Notes under the pieces: model-generated
Databases searched by the model: none
What the model saw: the letters and a program-made list of their open reading frames with translations, nothing else
Told to the model about the DNA's origin: nothing
Source of the DNA: Tagaea sp.
GTDB lineage: Bacteria > Pseudomonadota > Alphaproteobacteria > CACIAM-22H2
Assembly (NCBI GenBank): GCA_965279525.1
Contig: CBDIIB010000004.1
Span: 608,001-672,000, forward strand
Direction: 5' to 3'
DNA length: 64,000 nucleotides
Program-made: the position numbers and the translations under genes
Shown here: one piece after another, positions 57,609 to 64,000 of the stretch
Position numbering within the stretch: position 1 is the first letter of the stretch
Layout: each line of letters starts with the position of its first letter

Positions 57609-58124
57609 CTAGCGAATGCCCAGATACTCGTCCGCCAGGTCGGCATAGCGCCGGGCGGCATCGGCAAAGCCGGCAAATTCCTCGGGCGTCACGGGGCGCA
57701 TCAGCTTGGCGGGGCTGCCCGCCCACATCTCGCCCCTCTTGACGCGCTTGCCGGGCGTGACCAATGCGCCCGCCGCGACCACGGCACCGCTTTCGACGAC
57801 GGCACCATCCATAACGCACGCCTTCATGCCGATGAAGGCGCCATCCTCGATGATGCATCCATGCAGCAGCGCCAGATGCCCGACGGTGACGCGCGCGCCG
57901 ATATACGTGCCGAACTTGCCCTTCGAGCAGTGGATGACCGAGCCGTCCTGGATGTTCGTTTCCGCACCGATGCGGATCTCGTGCACGTCGCCGCGCACGG
58001 TCACGCCGTACCAGATGCCGCAGCGCGCACCGATCTCGACATTGCCGATGATCGCGGCATTGTCGGCGACGAAAGCGGACGGATCGATCTTCGGCGTCCA
58101 GTCGCGATAGCGGCGGACAATCAC
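57609..58124 (-). CDS. Gamma-carbonic anhydrase family (hexapeptide) protein
   Basis: RGDVHEIRIG, NIQDGSVIH, VGHLALLHGC, AGSPAK; GTGA overlap with argC. Confidence 0.92.
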   Translation of the reverse strand: MIVRRYRDWTPKIDPSAFVADNAAIIGNVEIGARCGIWYGVTVRGDVHEIRIGAETNIQDGSVIHCSKGKFGTYIGARVTVGHLALLHGCIIEDGAFIGMKACVMDGAVVESGAVVAAGALVTPGKRVKRGEMWAGSPAKLMRPVTPEEFAGFADAARRYADLADEYLGIR

Positions 58125-59053
58125 GCGAGGCCGAGCATCAACGAGATGTTCTGCACGGCCGCACCCGAAGCACCCTTGCCGAGATTGTCGAGGCGCGCCA
58201 CCAGCACGGCCTGCCGGTACTTCTCGTTGGCGAAGACGCGCAGTTCCATCCGGTCGGTCCCGTTGAGCGCCTGCGGCTCGAGCTTGCCCGACGTCTCCGG
58301 CGCCGTGACGGACACGAGCTTGCTGCCGGCATAGCGCTTCTCGAGAATTTCCTGCAGGTCTGCCGCCTTGGGCTTGCCCGGAAGCGCGTCGAGATGCAGC
58401 GGCACGCTGACGAGCATTCCCTGCCGGAAATCGCCGACGGACGGCACGAAGATCGGCCGGCGCGTCAGCTTCGAATAGAGCTGCAGTTCCGGCAGGTGCT
58501 TGTGCTCGAGACCCAGGCCATAAAGTTCGAAATCGGGTGCGGTGCGCGCCTCGTACTCGGCGATCATCGACTTGCCGCCACCCGTATAGCCGCTGACGGC
58601 GTTGACCGTCACCGGCCAGTCGGCCGGCAGCACGCCCGCGTCGACGAGCGGCCGGATCAGCGCGATGCCACCGGTGGGGTAGCAGCCCGGATTGGCCACG
58701 CGCGTGGCGTTGCGCACGGCAGCCGCCTGATCGGACGTCATCTCGGGGAAGCCATAGGTCCAGTCGGGCGCCACCCGATGTGCGGTACTGGCATCGACGA
58801 TCTTGGGCGACTTCGCACCCAGCGTATCGGCGAGCGCGACCGATTCCTTCGCCGCGGCATCGGGCAGGCACAGCACGACAAGGTCGACCGACGCCATGAT
58901 CTCGCGACGCGCTTCGGGATCCTTGCGGCGCTCGGGCGCGATCGAGCGCACGGCCACGCCGGACAAGCCGGCAAGGCGCTGCGCGATGCCAAGACCGGTC
59001 GTGCCGGCTTCGCCGTCGATGAAGATCGTGCGGGTCAAGGTTGCGCTGTCCAT
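58121..59053 (-). CDS. argC: N-acetyl-gamma-glutamyl-phosphate reductase, type 2
   Basis: IFIDGEAGTTG, DASTAHR, NPGCYPTG, DNLGKGASGAAVQN. Confidence 0.96.
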   Translation of the reverse strand: MDSATLTRTIFIDGEAGTTGLGIAQRLAGLSGVAVRSIAPERRKDPEARREIMASVDLVVLCLPDAAAKESVALADTLGAKSPKIVDASTAHRVAPDWTYGFPEMTSDQAAAVRNATRVANPGCYPTGGIALIRPLVDAGVLPADWPVTVNAVSGYTGGGKSMIAEYEARTAPDFELYGLGLEHKHLPELQLYSKLTRRPIFVPSVGDFRQGMLVSVPLHLDALPGKPKAADLQEILEKRYAGSKLVSVTAPETSGKLEPQALNGTDRMELRVFANEKYRQAVLVARLDNLGKGASGAAVQNISLMLGLA

Positions 59054-59081
59054 CGAAGTCACTCCTCGAATCCAGAATACA

Positions 59082-59567
59082 TCAAAGTGCGATGCGGTAG
59101 AACCGCGTATCGGGCTTCATCCGGGGGAACGCGGCCGGCAGATCGGCTTCGGCGACGAGGTCGAAGCCGTTCTTCTCGTAGAACCGGTGGGCCGCCTTGA
59201 AGTGCGCGGTCGTCCCGAGCCATACGATGGTCATCCCGTGCGCCCGGGAATGCTCAAGCAGTGTGTCGAGCAGGCGTTGGGCGACACCCTGTGCCGCACC
59301 CCGGAAGTCGGCGCGCACGAACATCTTGCGCAACGCTCCCTCGCCCGGCGCGAACTCGACAAGGCCGATCGTGCCGACGACGGCGCCGTCCGCGGCACGC
59401 GCGACCCAGAATTCGCCTGCACCCTTGCGGAAGAACGCGGCCGGATCCTGCAGATCGGGCTGCTGCGCATAGGTGATCGGCACCCCGAACTCGCGGTTCT
59501 GGATGTCGACGACCATCGCCGCCATCGGGGCGTGATCCTGCGGTTCAAAGATCGAGACTTCGACCAT
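59082..59567 (-). CDS. GNAT N-acetyltransferase
   Basis: IQNREF, QPDL, LRKMFVRADFRG, AHRFYEKNGF. Confidence 0.9.
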   Translation of the reverse strand: MVEVSIFEPQDHAPMAAMVVDIQNREFGVPITYAQQPDLQDPAAFFRKGAGEFWVARAADGAVVGTIGLVEFAPGEGALRKMFVRADFRGAAQGVAQRLLDTLLEHSRAHGMTIVWLGTTAHFKAAHRFYEKNGFDLVAEADLPAAFPRMKPDTRFYRIAL

Positions 59568-59580
59568 TGCGAGACCCCTG

Positions 59581-59613
59581 AAACAAGAAGGGCGCCGGTG
59601 AGGGCGCCCTTCT
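59581..59613 (-). terminator. Terminator of rplM-rpsI
   Basis: AGAAGGGCGCC-N6-GGCGCCCTTCT followed by TGTTT on the minus strand. Confidence 0.8.
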
Positions 59614-59652
59614 CCACTCCGGTCCGCCCGGAGGCGGAATTGGGAGTTTCGG

Positions 59653-60177
59653 TTAGCGCTTCGAGAACTGGTGGCTGCGGCGCGCCTTGTGGCGACCGTA
59701 CTTCTTTCGCTCGACCACGCGGCTGTCGCGGGTGAGGAAGCCGGCATGCTTGAGGGCCGGACGCAGCTCGGGCTCGTAGTAGGTCATCGCCTTCGACAGG
59801 CCGTGACGCACCGCACCGGCCTGGCCCGAAAGCCCGCCGCCGGTGACCGTGCACCACAAGTCGAACTGGCCGACGCGCGCGGCGACCGTGAACGGTTGGT
59901 TGATCATCATGCGCAGCGCCGGACGCGCGAAGTACGCGTTCAGCTCCTTGCCGTTGACGATCATCTTGCCGGAACCGGCCTTCAGCCACACGCGGGCGAC
60001 GGCGTTCTTGCGCTTGCCGGTCGCGTAGGAGCGGCCGAACTTGTCGCGCTCCGGAGCGGCCTGGGTCGTGGTCGGCTGCGCCGCGGCGACGGCGGACGCC
60101 ATCGACAGGTCGGCGAGCGTGCGGCTGGCGGGCTTCGCCTTGGGCTTTTCCGCGCGATCGGTACGGGGTTCGGCCAT
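59653..60177 (-). CDS. rpsI: 30S ribosomal protein S9 (N-terminally extended)
   Basis: [39 protein letters not shown]. Confidence 0.98.
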   Translation of the reverse strand: MAEPRTDRAEKPKAKPASRTLADLSMASAVAAAQPTTTQAAPERDKFGRSYATGKRKNAVARVWLKAGSGKMIVNGKELNAYFARPALRMMINQPFTVAARVGQFDLWCTVTGGGLSGQAGAVRHGLSKAMTYYEPELRPALKHAGFLTRDSRVVERKKYGRHKARRSHQFSKR

Positions 60178-60179
60178 GC

Positions 60180-60653
60180 TCAGGCGCTCCTCTTGTTCTT
60201 CGGATTCATCGCCGCGAAGTCGACCTTGGTCGGGTTCTGGGCATCGTGCGGATGGCTGGTGCCGGCATAGATCTTGAGGTGCGTCATCTGGCGACGGGCC
60301 AGCGGGCTGTCCTTCTTCATCATGCGCTCGACCGCGCGCTCGAGAAGGCGCTCGGGGTGCTTTGAAGCCAGCGTCTGCTTGGGCGAGATCTGCTTGACGC
60401 CACCGGGATGGCCGGTGTGCCAGTAGTGGACCTCGTTCTCCAGCTTGCGGCCGGTCATGCGCACCTTCTCGGCATTGATGATGACGACGAAGTCGCCGGC
60501 ATCGAGGTGCGGCGAGAACGAAGGCTTGTGCTTGCCCTTGAGGCGCATCGCGACGAACGAGGCAAGACGGCCCAGCACGACGCCTTCGGCGTCGATCAGG
60601 ATCCACTTCTTGCTTTTGTGCGCCTCGGCGACCGTGAGATTCGGGGTCGACAT
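60180..60653 (-). CDS. rplM: 50S ribosomal protein L13
   Basis: [44 protein letters not shown]. Confidence 0.98.
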   Translation of the reverse strand: MSTPNLTVAEAHKSKKWILIDAEGVVLGRLASFVAMRLKGKHKPSFSPHLDAGDFVVIINAEKVRMTGRKLENEVHYWHTGHPGGVKQISPKQTLASKHPERLLERAVERMMKKDSPLARRQMTHLKIYAGTSHPHDAQNPTKVDFAAMNPKNKRSA

Positions 60654-60790
60654 GGTTGGCTCGCTTCTTTGAAGGTTCGAATGTCTTTTCCCGCCCGCCA
60701 GAGGGGCGACCGGGAGCGCGCGAATATCGGTTTCTATGGCGAGCAAGTCAACGTCTAATCAGTGCATTGAATCAATGTGTTTATAGTTGT

Positions 60791-60804
60791 GGTAATATTT
60801 TACC
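60791..60804. promoter_or_regulatory. Inverted repeat GGTAA-TATT-TTACC in the AT-rich region upstream of rplM
   Basis: Seen directly; function unknown. Confidence 0.4.
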
Positions 60805-60836
60805 GTTAAATAAATCCCTGCTTCACTTCTGAATTC

Positions 60837-61256
60837 TCACCCGCGTGGCGGAATCGAGTAGGTACCGGTCACGTGCGCGACCGGCTCCTTGTCGCCGACC
60901 GAGTGGAGGCTGACCTCCATCACGGCAAGCCGCTTGCCCAGTTTCAGCATCGTGCCATGGGCCAGCATGTCGCGTTGTGCGGGCTTGCGCAGGAAATTGA
61001 TGTTGAGGCTTGTCGTCACCGCGAGTTCGACCCGACCGATCAGGCTCATCACGCACACATACATCGTGAAGTCGGCAAGCCCCATCATCAGCGGCCCGGC
61101 GATGGTGCCACCCGGCCGGATGAAATCGCGCCGGAACGGCATGCGCACCGTCACGTCGCCTGCCTTGAGCTTGACGATCTTCGGGTCCAGCGATGCGGCA
61201 AACGGCAGCGCCTCGGCGACGATCTCGGCGATTTCGGCTTTGGTGATGCGGCTCAT
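60837..61256 (-). CDS. PaaI-family thioesterase
   Basis: RPGGTIAGP...LAD, AVTTSLNINFLRKP, KLGKRL, VTGTYSIP. Confidence 0.9.
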   Translation of the reverse strand: MSRITKAEIAEIVAEALPFAASLDPKIVKLKAGDVTVRMPFRRDFIRPGGTIAGPLMMGLADFTMYVCVMSLIGRVELAVTTSLNINFLRKPAQRDMLAHGTMLKLGKRLAVMEVSLHSVGDKEPVAHVTGTYSIPPRG

Positions 61257-61347
61257 GTTTCGCCCGTTCTTGATTGAAGGCCCGAACGGTCGCAAAGTGC
61301 CCGACAAGCGCCCCCGCGTGCAACCCCGCCCACCGAGGTCCGTGACG

Positions 61348-62142
61348 ATGCCGGATTCCGCCCCTGCCACAGACCTGCTGCTGCGCACTGACAAGGACGG
61401 CGTGGCGACGCTGACGCTGAACCGTCCGCAGGCGCGCAACGCGCTTTCCGTCGGGCTGATGACGGCGCTGGAAGGGGCGATCGCGGCCCTGCGCGACGAC
61501 AAGTCGGTCAAGGCGGTCGTGATTGCCGGTGCGGGGCCGGCCTTCTGCGCCGGCCACGATCTGAAGGAAGTCCGCGCCAGTCCGGGCCGCGCCGCCTACG
61601 TCGCGTTGTTCGAGCAATGCTCGCGCATGATGAAAGCCATCGTCCGCCTGCCCAAGCCCGTGATTGCGCGCGTGCATGGTGTGGCGAGCGCTGCCGGATG
61701 CCAACTCGTCGCGACATGCGACCTCGCAGTCGCCGCCGACAATGCGCGCTTCGCCACGCCGGGCGTGAATATCGGCCTTTTCTGCTCGACGCCGATGGTC
61801 GCGCTGACGCGCGCGATCGGCCGCAAGGCGGCCATGGAAATGCTGCTGACCGGCGACATGGTCGATGCGCCCGCCGCCAAGGCGCTCGGCCTCGTCAATC
61901 GTGTCGTGCCGGAAGCCACGCTCGCCGACGCTGCGCAGGCGCTGGCCGTCCAGATCGCGTCGAAATCGCCACTGACGCTGGCCATCGGCAAGGAAGCGTT
62001 CTACGCGCAGGCCGAAATGGGGCTCGATGACGCCTACGCCTATGCGAGCGAGGCGATGACGCGCAACATGCTCGCACGCGATGCCGAGGAAGGCATCGAC
62101 GCCTTCATCGAGAAACGCAAGCCGACCTGGCAGGGGTGCTGA
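61348..62142 (+). CDS. Enoyl-CoA hydratase family protein
   Basis: LTLNRP..RNAL, FCAGHDLKE, AAGCQL, PGVNIGLFCSTP. Confidence 0.92.
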   Translation: MPDSAPATDLLLRTDKDGVATLTLNRPQARNALSVGLMTALEGAIAALRDDKSVKAVVIAGAGPAFCAGHDLKEVRASPGRAAYVALFEQCSRMMKAIVRLPKPVIARVHGVASAAGCQLVATCDLAVAADNARFATPGVNIGLFCSTPMVALTRAIGRKAAMEMLLTGDMVDAPAAKALGLVNRVVPEATLADAAQALAVQIASKSPLTLAIGKEAFYAQAEMGLDDAYAYASEAMTRNMLARDAEEGIDAFIEKRKPTWQGC

Positions 62143-62143
62143 A

Positions 62144-62635
62144 TTGGAACAGCTGCACTACGACGACGCGTTCATCCGCGACATCCTGCGCCGTACCAAG
62201 GTGATCGCGATGGTCGGTGCCAGCACCAACTGGACACGGCCCAGCTTCTTCGCGATGAAATACCTGCAGGCGAAAGGCTATCGCGTGATCCCGGTCAACC
62301 CGGCATCCGCTGGCCAGGATCTGCTCGGCGAAAAGGTGCGCGCCTCTCTCAAGGAGATCGACGTGCCGATCGACATGGTCGACGTGTTCCGCGCGTCCGA
62401 GCATGTCGGCCCCGTCGCCGACGAGGCGATCGCGGTCAAGGCCAAGACGCTGTGGATGCAGCTTGGCGTGCGCAACGACGAAGCGGCCGCGAAAGCGAAA
62501 GCCGCCGGCCTCGATGTCGTGATGGACCGCTGCCCGAAGATCGAGTTCGGCCGCCTCAACGGCGAACTCTCCTGGGGCGGGATCAACTCGGGCATCATCT
62601 CGGCACGGCGCCCGAAGGTCGTGCGCAAGGTCTAG
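62144..62635 (+). CDS. CoA-binding protein (YccU-like), TTG start inferred
   Basis: IAMVGAS..RPS, GYRVIPVNP, DMVDVFR, WMQLG, MDRCPKIE. Confidence 0.9.
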   Translation: MEQLHYDDAFIRDILRRTKVIAMVGASTNWTRPSFFAMKYLQAKGYRVIPVNPASAGQDLLGEKVRASLKEIDVPIDMVDVFRASEHVGPVADEAIAVKAKTLWMQLGVRNDEAAAKAKAAGLDVVMDRCPKIEFGRLNGELSWGGINSGIISARRPKVVRKV

Positions 62636-64000
62636 GCGGCTGCCTTCGCGGCAAGCGCCGCCTTGATTGCGGCAAGTGCGGCATCCGCCTTTGCCGCATC
62701 CGGACCACCGCCCTGCGCCATGTCGGGGCGGCCGCCGCCGCCCTTGCCGCCGAGTTCGGCGACACCGAGCTTCACGAGATCGACCGCACTGACCTTGCCG
62801 GCCAGATCCTCGGTGACCGCGACGACGATCGATGCCTTGCCGTCTTCCGTCGCGATGAGCGCGATCACGCCCGAGCCGATCTGCTTCTTGATCTCGTCGG
62901 CGGTCGCCTTCAGCTCGCGCGCCGGCGTGTTGTCGAGCTTGCGCCCGGCGAACTTGAACGCCCCCGCCTGCTCGGCCCCGCCGCCTGCCGCAGCCCCGCC
63001 ACCGCCGACCGCAAGGGCGCGGCGCGCGTCGGAAAGTTCCCGCTCGAGCTTGCGGCGCTCTTCCATCAGCGCGCCGATGCGCGCGGGCACGTCGCCGGGC
63101 ACGGTCTTGGCGATGCTCGCCGCCTCGAACAGCAGGCGCGCCTGTTCGGCCAGATAGGCGCGCGCCCCCTCGCCCGTCATCGCCTCGATCCGGCGCACGC
63201 CGGCAGCGACCGCCCCTTCCGAGACGATCTTGAACAGGCCGATATCGCCCGTGCGCCGCACATGCGTGCCGCCGCAAAGCTCGGTCGAGAACGGCTTGGC
63301 GTCGGTGTTGCCGCGCGGATAGCCCATCGCGACGACGCGCACTTCCTCGCCGTATTTCTCGCCGAAAAGGGCGAGTGCCCCCGCCTCGACGGCGGCATCC
63401 GGCGTCATCAGGCGCGTCGACACGTCCTGGTTTTCGAGCACGCGCCGGTTCACGTCAGCCTCGACGGCCGCGATGTCGTCGGCCGACAGCGGCGTGGGCT
63501 GGGAGATATCGAAGCGCAGGCGGTCGGGTGCGACGAGCGAACCCTTCTGCGTGACGTGGTCGCCCAAGCGACGGCGCAGCGCTTCGTGCAGCAGGTGGGT
63601 CGCCGAATGGTTGGCACGCGTGCGGTCGCGACGGTCGACATCGATGCGCATCTCGACGAAGTCGCCGACCTTGATGGCGCCCTTCGTCACACGCCCCATG
63701 TGGACGTGCATGTCGCCGGCCATCTTCTGCGTGTCGTCGATCGCGATTTCGGCACCGCCGGCCGTGAACATGGCGCCGGCATCGCCGGTCTGGCCGCCGG
63801 ATTCGCCGTAGAACGGCGTCTGGTTGACGATCAGCGCCACCTTGTCGCCGACTTTGGCATTCGGCACTTCCTTGCCGTCGATGACGAGGGCCGCGACCTT
63901 GCCTTCGGCACTCTCCGTCTCGTAGCCGAGGAACTCGCTCGCCCCGACCTTCTCGCGCAGTTCGAACCAGACGCGGTCCCCCGCCTTCTCGCCCGAACCC
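62632..64000 (-). CDS. alaS: Alanine--tRNA ligase, C-terminal part (5' beyond window)
   Basis: TPFYGESGGQ, NHSATHLLH, QKGS, ELCGGTHV, GVRRIEA, GKGGGGRPDMAQGG. Confidence 0.98.
   Translation of the reverse strand, partial: GSGEKAGDRVWFELREKVGASEFLGYETESAEGKVAALVIDGKEVPNAKVGDKVALIVNQTPFYGESGGQTGDAGAMFTAGGAEIAIDDTQKMAGDMHVHMGRVTKGAIKVGDFVEMRIDVDRRDRTRANHSATHLLHEALRRRLGDHVTQKGSLVAPDRLRFDISQPTPLSADDIAAVEADVNRRVLENQDVSTRLMTPDAAVEAGALALFGEKYGEEVRVVAMGYPRGNTDAKPFSTELCGGTHVRRTGDIGLFKIVSEGAVAAGVRRIEAMTGEGARAYLAEQARLLFEAASIAKTVPGDVPARIGALMEERRKLERELSDARRALAVGGGGAAAGGGAEQAGAFKFAGRKLDNTPARELKATADEIKKQIGSGVIALIATEDGKASIVVAVTEDLAGKVSAVDLVKLGVAELGGKGGGGRPDMAQGGGPDAAKADAALAAIKAALAAKAAA

Noticed and set aside
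60784-60811. dif-like site (…TACCGTTAAAT)
   Set aside because: Three mismatches to the XerD arm TTATGTTAAAT and no convincing XerC arm.

Overview
GC-rich chromosomal segment that looks alphaproteobacterial, probably Rhodospirillales-like. That placement is inferred from the type-2 argC, the class I phaC, and the aminotransferase-hom-glpX-recJ and rplM-rpsI-argC gene orders. Left to right: (1) a translationally coupled molybdo-enzyme maturation run (CoxD-like AAA+, CoxE-like VWA, split XdhC, molybdopterin-binding/NTP-transferase fusion) ending in a SufS/SufU-like pair; (2) tRNA-Glu(UUC); (3) a ~23 kb accessory-looking block with a PAS_5 protein, an ExpC/WgcA-like GT4, an orphan Anbu, glutaminase, a REC-PAS_5 regulator, a T1SS ABC-MFP-SapC cluster and a convergent ~4,590-aa protein of about 41 Ig/cadherin-like repeats whose RTX block is at the N-terminus; (4) a NicX/M29-like enzyme, a small membrane protein behind an FNR-type box, and HcnAB/HcnC-like oxidoreductases separated by a PAP2/haloperoxidase-like gene; (5) two paralogous pentapeptide-repeat genes enclosing DUF748 and a YjfB-like gene; (6) mostly housekeeping genes, plus a DUF1800 (CBM-like insert)/DUF1501 pair, an atypical asd and a HisKA_2 two-component pair; the window ends inside alaS. 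No CRISPR array, rRNA, transposase or integrase was seen. Family assignments come from motif recognition only; no database searches were run.
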